A DNA stretch of 64,000 nt, from assembly GCA_963843845.1 (NCBI GenBank), contig CAWJMB010000003.1:192001-256000 (forward strand), in the 5' to 3' direction. Origin of the DNA: an uncultured Gemmatimonadaceae bacterium. Its GTDB lineage: Bacteria > Gemmatimonadota > Gemmatimonadetes > Gemmatimonadales > Gemmatimonadaceae. Each line of letters opens with the position of its first letter. Within the stretch, counting starts at the first letter, position 1. Position numbers and translations under genes: made by a program. Of the stretch, positions 54,210 to 64,000 are shown one piece after another. Below the pieces are notes generated by a model. That model did not search any database and was not told the DNA's origin. It saw only the letters and a list, made by a program, of their open reading frames with translations.

Positions 54210-54575
54210 TGTGAGGGATCGCGTCGTCGCGTGAGGCCGCGGGGTGACGCTCGTCCGGACGACACAGCGCCTTCCGTCGACGCGCGCAATGTGCTCGGCG
54301 CCGCCCGTCCGCGCCGCCCGTCGGCGCCGCCCGGACGCTTCGGGGAGCTACGCGAGCACCTCGCCAGCGTCCCCGGTCTCACCCGTCGGCCTCCGCCGAC
54401 CTCCGCGGGCGCGTCGTCGCTGGCTCGACCCGTGCCTGTCGCGGCGGGGAGGTCGCGTGCTCCCGCGGCGGCACGCGCCCGCTCGAGCGCGCAACGGGGG
54501 AACGTCGGCCGGGCGGCGTCACGGAGGACGCGTCACCGAGGACAGCGAAGGGATCCAACCCGAGGGCCACGTCTG

Positions 54576-55139
54576 ATGCACACCACTCGTCGACCTGTGG
54601 CGCGCGCGCTCGCCGTCGCGACGCTGCTCGCGCTCGTCGCCGCGTGCCATCGCGGCCGCGAAGCCGGCGCGGACAGTACCGGCGTCCCGGCTGCCCCCAT
54701 GAACCCGGAGCCGGCACAGAACGCGTACGCCCCCGCGCTCGGCGTCGACCTCTCGACGTTCACCACGCTGCCGAGCGGAGTGCTGTACCGGGACAAGACG
54801 GTCGGCACCGGGGCCGAGGCGGCGTACAACACGCGCGTGCGCGTGCACTACACCGGCTGGCTCCCGACCGGCAGGCAGTTCGACAGCAGCCGCGAGCGCG
54901 GCGAACGCGATGAACGCGGCACGCCATTCGAGTTCGTCATCGGCGCGCGCGAAGTGATCCGCGGCTGGGAGGAGGGCATCACCGGCATGAAGGTCGGGGG
55001 CCGGCGCACACTGGTGGTGCCCGCCGTGCTGGGCTACGGCCGGCGCGGCTCCCCGCCCGACGTCCCGCCCAACGCGGTGCTCGTCTTCGACGTGGAGCTG
55101 CTGGGCGTGAACGCACCCAACGCACCCGACGCACCCTGA
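54576..55139 (+). CDS. FKBP-type peptidyl-prolyl isomerase lipoprotein
   Basis: Lipobox LVAAC, VHYTGWL, FDSS, VIRGWEEG, GYG, PPNAVLVFDVELL. Confidence 0.92.
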   Translation: MHTTRRPVARALAVATLLALVAACHRGREAGADSTGVPAAPMNPEPAQNAYAPALGVDLSTFTTLPSGVLYRDKTVGTGAEAAYNTRVRVHYTGWLPTGRQFDSSRERGERDERGTPFEFVIGAREVIRGWEEGITGMKVGGRRTLVVPAVLGYGRRGSPPDVPPNAVLVFDVELLGVNAPNAPDAP

Positions 55140-55473
55140 ACCGTCCCAGCATCCCCGGAGGCGCACCGAGTTGCGTGGGGGCAGCGTTGATGGTGCGACT
55201 GCGTCGCGGTGGCGCGGGTGTCGCGCCCGGCGCTCATGGCGTCACCAGAACTCGCACGCGGCCGGCCGTGCGCGCTGCGCGCCGGGGCAGCGGCGTGTCC
55301 GCGCGGGTCACGTGCGGGCGACTCGCGCGCCGGCCGAGCGCCCGCTCGCCCTCGGCGCGAAACGCGTGGCGGAACGCGAGGCGGGTTGGTGCGCCGGCGA
55401 CGCCAATCAGCCGGCGGTGTCGCGTTAGGCATCGACCTGCACGACCGGGTCGGCCCGATCGAACCGTGGGCAC

Positions 55474-56089
55474 GTCTACGAGGGGTTCGAGAAGGTGTGG
55501 GAGAGGCTCCGGCCCGAGACGCCGGACCACCGCGCGGATCGGGCCGCGCGCGTGCAGGCCGTGGCCGACCCCGCGGTGGACATGGTGAGGTTCGAGAAGG
55601 CGCGCGTGCGCTGCGCCATTCGCCCTGACTTCATACGCTCGGCCGAGATCGTGGTGATCTCCCTGGGCACTCTGGTCGGGGCGCCGATGCTCCGGCAGGT
55701 CGTGGCGCTGGCGGCGGTCGGGATCGGGGTCACGGTGCTCGTGTACGGGGTCGTCGCCGGGCTCGTGACGCTCGACGACCTGGGGCTGCGACTGCAGCCG
55801 GCCGGCCCGGGCGGCCTACGGTACGCGGTCGGAACGCCCTCCTGCGCGGCACCCCCTTGGGTGATGAAGACGCTCTCGGTCCTCGGCACGGTGGCCATGT
55901 TCCTCGTGGGCGGCGGCATCCTCGCGCACGGGATCCCGCCGATCGAGCAGCTGCTGCACGGGCTGGGCGGGGCGGTACGCGCGGCGGCCGACGGGGCGGT
56001 CGGGCGTCGCGGCCGGCGCCGTGGCGGCCGGCGTGGTCCACATGGCGCAGGCGCTGCGCGGCCGGCGACACGACCCGGCAGCCGGCTGA
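55474..56089 (+). pseudogene. N-terminally truncated, degraded DUF808/YedI family gene
   Basis: YEGFEKV, AIRPDFIRSAEIVVISL, VYGVVAGLVTLDDLGL, MKTLSVLGTVAMFLVGGGIL. The N-terminal part is missing, conserved positions are altered, and there is a frameshift near 56000. Confidence 0.7.
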
Positions 56090-56213
56090 GGAGCTGGCCT
56101 CACGGTCCTGCGCGGGGGCCGCGCGCCTCCGGCCCTCCGGCCCTCCGGCCTCGCTTGCGCCCTCGCTACCAGACCGTAGCATCCGTCGTCGGCCTACTTC
56201 TCATGGGGAGCTC

Positions 56214-59200
56214 ATGACGTACTCATCCCGGTGTGCGTGCCACGCGGCGTCGCGCCTCGTCCAGGCGGTGTCGCGCCTCGTCCAGGCGGTCTCGCTCCGT
56301 GCCGCCATCACGTGCGCCGCAATGGTCGGGGCGTCCGCCGCAGTGGCCCAGCCCCTGCCGCGCCTCGAGCCCATCAAGTTCGCGCGGTTCGCGCACGTCG
56401 CGAACGACGGCACCGTCGCCTTCACCTACCAGGACGACGTCTGGCTGGCCGACGCCGACGGCAGCAACCCGCGCCGGCTCACCGTGCACATGGGCGCGCG
56501 ACGTCGCCCCGCGCTTCTCGCCCGACGGGCAGTGGGTCGCGTTCACGAGCAACCGGATGGGGAACAACGACGTCTACGTCGTCTCGGTGCGGGGCGGGGA
56601 ACCGCGTCAGCTCACGTACCATTCGGGCGACGACCAGGCGCTCTACTGGACCCCGGACGGACGGGAGGTCGTCTTCACGAGCGCGCGCTCGACGAACCCG
56701 TGGGCGTCGCCGCTCTACCGCGTGGCGCTCGACGGCACCGTGCCCGTCCCCATGGGCACCGCGGGCGCACGCGCCGGGATGATCAAGCAGGACGCGACCA
56801 TGGTCGCCTACAATCGCGTGCTGCCGACCTACTGGCGCAAGGGCTACCGGGGGAACGCGAGCGGCGACATCGCGGTGCAGAACCTCAGGTCGGGCGAGGT
56901 GGCCGAGATCACCGACACCGACATCCGGCAGTTCCGCGGGCACGTGAACGACGTGCACCCGATGTGGGGCGCCGACGGGATGATCTACTTCGCGTCCGAG
57001 CGCGACGGGACGTTCAACCTCTGGCGCGCCGCGCCCACGGGCGGCCAGCCGCAGCAGGTCACCCGCCACAAGGACGACGGCGTCCAGTTCCCCGCCATCT
57101 CCCCCGACGGCCGCCGCATCATCTACGAGAACGAGTTCGACCTCTGGACGCTCGACGTCCCGGGCGGGCAGCCGCGCAAGCTCAGCATCGCGATGGCGCT
57201 CGACCCGAAGGACAACGACATCGAGGTGCTGACCGCCGCGAGCCGTGCCGACGGCTTCGCCGTCTCGCCGACAGGCGACTACCTCGCCGTCGACTTCCAC
57301 GGTGAGATCGTCATCGTGCCGACCGAGGAGGGCGTGGGAGAGAAGACACAGGTGACGCACTCGCCGTGGCGCGAGCGCGCGCAGCTGTACTCGCCGGACG
57401 GGCGGCGCATCGCGTACGTCTCGGACGAGTCGGGGGAGGAGGAGGTCTGGGTGTACGACCTCGCCACCGGCACGAAGCGCAAGCTCACGACGCACGAGTC
57501 GGTCAAGGCAGATCTGACGTGGGCGCCGAACGGTCAGAAGCTCGCCTACACCGCCGCCAACCGCCTCTTCGAGGTCGACGCAGGGCCGGGCGCCGCAGGC
57601 GGGACGCCACGCGAGCTCGCCCACAACCCGGCCGGCGGCCACACCATCTCGCAGTATTCGGCCGACGGCAACTGGATCGTGTACACGCGCCGCGACGACG
57701 ATCAGAACGCCGACGTCTACCTGTTCGACGTGCGCGCGCGGAAGGAGTACAACGTCACGAGGAACCCGTTCCAGGACGTGAACGGCCGGCTGACGCCCGA
57801 CGGCAAGTCGATCGTCTTCACGTCCACGCGCGACGGCGGCGTGCCGCACCTGTTCGTGGCGTCGCTCGCCCGCGCGACCGAGGACCCGAACGACCCGCTC
57901 GTGCGCGAGCGGCTGCGGCGCGCGCAGCAGCGGACCGCGGGCGCGACGCCCGGCGCGGCGCCTAACGCGACGCGCGCGGACAGCGCGCGCGCCGGTGCCG
58001 CCGACAGCCTGGCGCTCCGCGTCGACGAGGAGGGGATCGCGCGGCGCGCGGTGCAGCTGACGCGCGGCACGAGCGGCGCCGGCGCCTTCTTCCTGTCGCG
58101 CGACGGGCGCACGATCTACTTCACGTCGGGCGGCGGTGCGGGCGGCGGCGGTCAGTCGGGTGCCGACGGCGACGACAACCCGGACAGCGGGCTGTTCGCG
58201 ATCGGCATCGACGGTCGCGACCGCCGTCGGATCGCCGCGGGCGCATTCCCCGGGATGACGCCGACGATGGACCGCCGCGCGATCTTCTTCCGCCGCATGC
58301 CGCGCGGCGCGGGCGAGGACGGGTCCGGCGGCTCGACGACCGCGGGTGCAGAGATCTACAAGCTCACGCTCCCCGGCGGCGGGGCCGTCGGCGGCGCGGC
58401 TGGCGGCGCGGGCGCCGGGGCGCCCGCGCCGGCCGGGGCCGCGCGCGGCGCGGGGGAGCGCGTGAGCTTCACGTTCCCGGTGCGCGTCGACCGACGGGCC
58501 GAGTGGAACCAGCTGTTCGAGGAGTCGTGGCGGGTGATGAAGTACCGCTTCTACGACGAGAAGATGCACGGGCGCGACTGGGCCGCGATCAAGGCGCGCT
58601 ACAAGCCGCTGCTCAAGTACGTGGGGACCAACGAGGACGTCTACGACCTCGCGAACGAGATGATCGGCGAGCTGAACGCGTCGCACACGGGGGTGAGCGG
58701 CCCGCCGACCCGCCAGATGCCGCGCGCCTACCAGACGCGCTTCCTCGGCTTCGAGATGGAGCCCGTCGACGGGCGCTACCGCGTGTCGCACGTCTACCGC
58801 GACGGGCCGGCGGACAAGGAATGGCTCGACATCCGGGTCGGCGACTACGTGCTCGCCATCGACGGCCAGGCGCTCAAGGCCGGCGACAACTACTGGAAGA
58901 CGCTCAGCCAGACGCTGAACGAGTACGTCCCCGTGCGCCTCGCGCGCTCGGCGTCGGGCGAGGGCGCGCGCACCGTGCGCATCGCGAGCGTCACGTCACT
59001 CACCGACATCAAGTACGAGGAGTGGGTCGCCGAGCGGCGCGCGATCGTCGAGAAGGAGTCCAACGGCGAGCTCGCGTACGTCCACATCCGCTCGATGAAC
59101 CAGCCGTCGCTCGCGCGCTTCCGCAACGAGATCGATCAGTTCGCGAACAGAAAGGCATCGTCGTCGACATCCGCTTCAACGGCGGCGGCAACATCGACCA

Positions 59201-59672
59201 GGAGCTGATCGACATCCTCGAGCGCCGCCCCTATCAGTACTGGAACCAGCGCACCGGCTCGCGCACGTGGGGGCGCCGCCCGCGCCAGGCGATCGCGGGA
59301 CCGAAGGTGATGCTCATCAACCACCGCTCCGGCTCCGACAGCGAGGTGACCCCGATGGGCTTCCGCCAGCTCGAGCTCGGCCGGATCGTCGGCAACCCGA
59401 CGGCCGCAGCGGTGATCGCGACCGGGAGCTACGCACTGATCAACGGCGGCGCGATCCGCACGCCCGGCTCGCTCGTCGTGACCTACGATCCGACGAAGCC
59501 CAACAACTACGGCGTCAACCTCGAGAACTACGGTGTCGCGCCGGACGTCTGGGCGGAGAACACACCGGCCGACGAGATCAAGCAGTTCGACCGTGAGCTG
59601 AAGGCGGCGATCGACGAAGCGATGCGCATGCTGCGCGAGTCGCGGGCACGGATGACGAGCGGGCGGCCCTGA
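56214..59672 (+). CDS. Tricorn-like S41 protease (frameshifts near 56490 and 59150)
   Basis: PD40/TolB-like propeller repeats (FSPDGQWVAF), FYDEKMHGRDW, GELNASH, PDZ, AYVHI, DIRFNGGG, SGSDSE, GVAPD. Confidence 0.9.
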
Positions 59673-59759
59673 GCGTGTGGGGCCTGTGCACCGCGCCACG
59701 CTCTGCGGTGCCGGGTCACCTCGGGCTCGTACAGGCCGATCACCCGACGGCGTGCACGC

Positions 59760-60317
59760 CTACCCGCGAGCGACCCAGAGAAAGGCCGCGCCCATCAGGA
59801 GCGCGATCAGTATGAGCGCGACGACGACGAGTCGCACGACGCACCCGCCGAGTGACGAGACGCCGGCGCGGACGACTTCGGCGACGGGGCCGGTGATGGG
59901 GCCGGTGACGGGGCCGGTGCCGCCGTCGCGCGTCGGCGGCGGCACGGCGGTGACATCCCAGACGTCGGGAGCGCCGCGCTCCACGGGCTCCCGGTCGATG
60001 CGGTCGACGCGGTCGATGCGGTCGACGCGGTCGACGCGGTCGACGCTGGCGCGGTGGTCGGCACTCGTCGTGCGCGGAGGCGGTCGGTGTGAACGCGGCG
60101 TCGGTGACACGAGCGGCGGACGCTCTCGTGGCGCCTCGGGCGCCGGATCGCGGACGAGCGTGGCGCCGCACTCCGGACAGCGCGGGGCGACCAGCCACCT
60201 GCCCGGGGTGTGGTTGCCGCAGAAGTACCGAACGTTCGCCTCGTGACACGCGTCGCACTCGCCAGCGGTGTCCTGCGGCGTGCCGCACTGCGGGCAGCGG
60301 AAGACGACCGTGCTCAC
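59760..60317 (-). CDS. Double zinc-ribbon protein with C-terminal TM helix
   Basis: CPQC..CDAC..CGNH..CPEC, a Pro/Arg linker, then CVVRLVVVALILIALLMGAAFLWV. GTG overlaps the phosphatase stop. Confidence 0.75.
   Translation of the reverse strand: MSTVVFRCPQCGTPQDTAGECDACHEANVRYFCGNHTPGRWLVAPRCPECGATLVRDPAPEAPRERPPLVSPTPRSHRPPPRTTSADHRASVDRVDRVDRIDRVDRIDREPVERGAPDVWDVTAVPPPTRDGGTGPVTGPITGPVAEVVRAGVSSLGGCVVRLVVVALILIALLMGAAFLWVARG
59992..60045. repeat. 9-bp tandem repeat x6 (VDR/IDR) in the zinc-ribbon gene
   Basis: CGGTCGA(T/C)G repeated six times. Confidence 0.9.
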
Positions 60318-61640
60318 GGCGCGTGCTCGGCGTCGAGGCCGGTCGCCGGGTCGCCGCTCGCGTCGGACGCGGCAGGATCGTCGAGCTCTGGGGGGAACGC
60401 CGCGCGCACGAGATCGTCGGGCAGGTGGAGACGGTGGAGCTGTGGGAGCGCGCCGGGCACGTAGCGCGCGGCGGTCGGCACCCGGACGTACGGCCCGAAG
60501 ACCTCGCGCGGCAGGCGCCGCGACATGGCGTTCGGTCGTGAGAAGCGGATGTGCCGCGTACGCCGGGTAGACGGCCCAGCGCTCCTCGATATGGTCATGA
60601 CCGCGGACCATGTGCGTGACCGGCCGGCCAGCCGTGCGGCGAGGGCGCAGAAGTCGTCGAAGTCCTCGCGACCGAACTGACTGCCGCGCGACGCGCGGTT
60701 GGGCATCTTGCGCCGCGCCTTCGGGTGGGCCCGCGTCCACACGAAGTCGGAGAGCACCCGCGGGTCGTTCCAGTCGCCGCCGGCTTCGAGCTCCGCGGTG
60801 CAGGTCTACCAGCGGGAACCCGCCGTGCGACACGAGCAGCCCGTCGGGGAAGAAGAGCGCCCGCGGAGCCGCGGCGAACACCCGGACGGCGAGCCGGCCG
60901 GCGCGCTGCACCCAGGGATCGTCCGACAGCGCGTTGAGCGTGTCGGCGAAGTCGGAGGGCGTGACCGCCGCCGTGAATCGGTCGCCATTCCAGCCGAGCG
61001 CCTCGTCGTGGTTGCCGGCGACGAGGCAGACCGCGGCCGGGTCGGTCAGCGCGAGCTCGGCGATCGCGAAGGAACACCTCGAGGCCGTAGCCGCCGTCGT
61101 CCCAGAGGTCGCCGAGGAAGATGAAGCGCGGCGCCGCGTCGGCGGCGGCCCTGCGCGGCGACCTGGTCGAGCGCGAGGGCGAGCACGCGCCTCGAGCGCG
61201 AGCAGATCGCCGTGCAGGTCGCCGACGATCCACGAGCGGGCGCTCGGCAGCGAGCTCGACGGATGCGGATGGCACGGTCGTCGGGGCCGTCGCGGTCCGC
61301 GTCGAACAGGAAGCCGGGGCCGCCCTCCTGGTCGAGCAAGGCCTCGAGACGCGCGACCGTGTCCGCCATGCGCGCGCGCAGCGGCGCCGGGTCGGCCGCG
61401 CGTCGCAACGCCTCCCAGTCGAGCGTCTCGACCTCGACGACGCCGGCGAACGGCGGTGGCTCGGCGTGGCGGGAGGCGGCGCCGCAGGCCCGGCGCCGAT
61501 CGGTGGCAGACGACCGCGATGACGGGCTCCGGCGCGCCGTCGACCGTGCGGGCCTGGGGGCGCGCGAGTGGCGTCGCGGCGCGCGGCCGGCGCGTCGCGC
61601 TCGGCGTCCCTGTCGCTCCCGGGGCCGCCGGGCCGGCGAG
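60314..61640 (-). CDS. Calcineurin-like (PPP-type) metallophosphoesterase (several frameshifts; start uncertain)
   Basis: WIVGDLHGD (~61205-61235), FLGDLWD, VAGNHD, VSHGGFP, DFVWTR, MVRGHDH, in the correct order across frames. Confidence 0.8.
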
Positions 61641-61643
61641 TCG

Positions 61644-62995
61644 TCAGAGCGCACGGACGGTCAGCGGAAGCTTGACGATCCCCTTCGCCTGGCGTCCGAC
61701 GGCAAGGACGTCGCCGTCACGCAGCGGGCGTGGGGCGGTGAGGGTCTCGCCGTTGAGCAGCGTCTCGTTCGGCGTGCCGGCGACCGGGGTGACCTGCCAC
61801 CCGGCGGCGCCGCGCTCGACGACGCACTGGCGCGCGTCCCAGAACTCGGCGTCGGGGCCGAACTGCCGTGCGAGGTGCTTGCCGAGCTCCGTGCGCACGC
61901 CGACCTGCAGCGCGTGCGCCGCCGGCGCCGAGGAGCTGGAGCGCTCGGTGGTGATCGGGACGCGCGCCGTCGCGGCGGGCGGCGGCGCGTGCGGCGGGTG
62001 CGGCAGGTGCCGGCCGCGGAGCCGGCGTGGGTGGCGCGGCCGGCGTCGTGGCCGGCGCGGGGGCGCCGGTGCGTGGCGCCGCGGCCGCTGAGCACCGCGC
62101 GCAGCTCGGCGGCGGTCGGGCGTGCGGCCGGATCGGGCGAGAGACACCGATACAGCGCGTCGCGCGACCGCGGCGTTCTCCGCGGGCGCGGGCAAGACGC
62201 CGGCGAGCGCCGGAGGCTCCGCGGCGTGCGCGCGCACGAGCGCGGCGTACTCCGCCTGGTCGTCGCGCCAGTACGGGTGCCGGCCGGTCAGCAGCTCGTA
62301 GAGCAGGAGCCCGCAGGTGAACACGTCCGAGGGCAGCCCCGGGACGGCGCCGCGCGTGAGGTGCTCCGGCGAGCGGTAGTTGTCGGTGCCCACGTAGCCC
62401 TGATGGCCGTGCCACGGCGCGCGGCGGTCGGCGAGCAGGGAGAAGTCGGTGTCGATGAGCTTGAGCTGGTAGCCGGCGCCGATGGACGGGTCGCGAATCA
62501 GGTACACGTTCGGCGGCTTGAGGTCGGCGTGCACGATGCTTCGACTCGTGCAGCGCCGCGATGCCCGCCATGAACACCTTGGCCCAGGTGACGTGGCGCG
62601 CCCACACGTCGGGGTCGCGGAGCGGCCACGCGCCGGTGCGCTCGTGCGCCGCGCGCTCGTCGTCGAAGATCTGCTGCAGGTCGCCGCCGTGCTCGACGAA
62701 CTCGTACGCCTGGAAGTAGGTGGGGCCGCCCCACACCTCCTCGAACGCGTCGACGAGGCGGACGACGTAGTCCGCCGCCTTGCCGCCGCGCACGCGTGCC
62801 GCGAGCTCCTGCTGGTAGTCGACGAACGCCGAGTACCAGACGACCGTCGGCGCCGGCGACTTGTACTGCTTGAGGAAGATCCTGCCGGCCGTCGGGCGAC
62901 TCCGCGGCGTACGAGATGGCCATCGCGCCGGGGCCGAACACCTTCGTCACGCGGTAGCCGCGGAGCGTGTCGCCGACTTTGAGCTTCTTCGCCAT
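61644..62995 (-). CDS. Ser/Thr protein kinase with C-terminal FHA-like domain (frameshifts)
   Basis: FGPGAMAISY Gly-loop, IFLKQY, HADLKPPN, LIDTDFS, GTDNYRSPEH, SDVFTCG, Pro/Ala linker, GTPNETLLNG..LRDGDVLAVG. Confidence 0.85.
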
Positions 62996-63022
62996 GCGCG
63001 AGTCAGTGAGCGCGCGCCGGCA

Positions 63023-64000
63023 TCACAGCGCCACGGTCTCGGCGGACTTCGAGACGCTGGCGGCGAGCTGCTTGAGCGTCGTGCGGAAGTTGGCCGCGTC
63101 GGCCGTGTACTTCTGCAGCGCCTCCTGCGGCGTGAGCCCTTCGTACTCCACGACCTCCCACTCCGACTTGTCGATCTGGCTGAGGCGGTCGTAGCCCTCG
63201 AAGTTCGGCGCGAAGAGGCTGAGGATGATGCGGTTGGCCATCACGACGTTCGCGACGTCCTGCAGGCTGCCGCCCTTCGCCTGAGGGATCGACATCGTCT
63301 CCTTGAACGACGCGTCGGTGAACACGACGACGACGCGCGCCGCCTCGCTGCGGTAGCGCCACTGCGTCGGCTCCTCGCTCTGCGCGCCCTTCGGGCGTCG
63401 CCTCCATCGTCGCCACCTGTAAGAGCGCGTCGAGCAGCGACTCCGGCTCGTCGCCGCCGCCCTGGGCGCGGAGCGTGCGCCAGCTGCGCCTTGAGCGCGA
63501 CCGCGTCGCGCACGAACGGGTGGTCCTCGATCCACGGCAGCCCCTCGGCGTCCGCCGCCTCGATGTCGCGATAGCCGACGACCTTGCCGCGCCAGTCCTT
63601 CACCGGCGCGGCGTTGTTCGCGTCGCCCGTGCTCAGCGAGTCGATGAAGACCTCGATGTTGCGGCGCAGCGCGTCGATGCACGGGCGCCATGCTGCCGCT
63701 GACGTCGACGAGGAAGACGATGTCGGCCACGCCCTTGGTCTTCGCCCGCGGCGCGGGCGCCGGCGCGGGCGCGAGTGGGGCCGCGGCCGGCGGGGGCGGC
63801 GCCTGTGCGGCCGCCGCATCGGACGCGGCGACGGGGTCGATCACGCCGGCGGCCCCCGGCGCGGACGCCGTGTCGGCCGCTGGTACCTCGGGGCCCGGAC
63901 CATCGGCGCCCGGGCCATCGAGGATCGCCTTCTCCGGTGGAGTGGGAGCGGTCTCGAACTCGGCCTCGGCCTCGGCAGGAGAGCTCGGGGGGAGCGGTGT
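63023..64000 (-). CDS. vWA-domain protein (frameshifts; frame stays open to the right edge)
   Basis: MIDAS DIVFLVDVSGSM, VVGYRD, GGGDEPES, VVVFTDA. The Pro/Ala-rich N-terminal region is in frame up to position 64000. Confidence 0.85.
   Translation of the reverse strand, partial: TPLPPSSPAEAEAEFETAPTPPEKAILDGPGADGPGPEVPAADTASAPGAAGVIDPVAASDAAAAQAPPPPAAAPLAPAPAPAPRAKTKGVADIVFLVDVSGSMAPVHRRAAPQHRGLHRLAEHGRREQRRAGEGLARQGRRLSRHRGGGRRGAAVDRGPPVRARRGRAQGAAGARSAPRAAATSRSRCSTRSYRWRRWRRRPKGAQSEEPTQWRYRSEAARVVVVFTDASFKETMSIPQAKGGSLQDVANVVMANRIILSLFAPNFEGYDRLSQIDKSEWEVVEYEGLTPQEALQKYTADAANFRTTLKQLAASVSKSAETVAL

Overview
Very GC-rich bacterial DNA (by eye >70% GC, not computed). It is most likely Gemmatimonadota, which is an inference from the C5-pathway glutamyl-tRNA reductase and the flanking gene types, not a database result. 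Bases 1-18.8 kb hold the end of an anoxygenic photosynthesis gene cluster. bchF-N-B-H-L-M lie on the minus strand and run off the left edge. Divergent from them is aerR(ppaA)-ppsR-bchG-pucC-bchP, which runs straight into a tetrapyrrole block (hemA/GluTR-hemF-hemY). PpsR-type boxes sit upstream of bchF/aerR and of bchG. The rest is accessory and housekeeping DNA: secreted peptidases (S9 x2, M28, tricorn S41); a rifampin phosphotransferase preceded by an actinobacterial-type RAE palindrome; a ~180-nt rod-like inverted-repeat leader before a large outer-membrane protein; a MarR/VOC unit; a stand-alone tyrosine recombinase; stress oxidoreductases; an acyl-CoA dehydrogenase coupled to PAS histidine kinases; and, at the right edge, a vWA / Ser-Thr kinase-FHA / calcineurin-like phosphatase / zinc-ribbon operon resembling a TerY-P-like system. 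An octamer, GCCTAACG/CGTTAGGC, recurs throughout. Many genes carry 1-bp frameshifts that look like long-read assembly errors, so coordinates of those genes are reconstructed by hand. I saw no rRNA, tRNA, CRISPR array or transposase.
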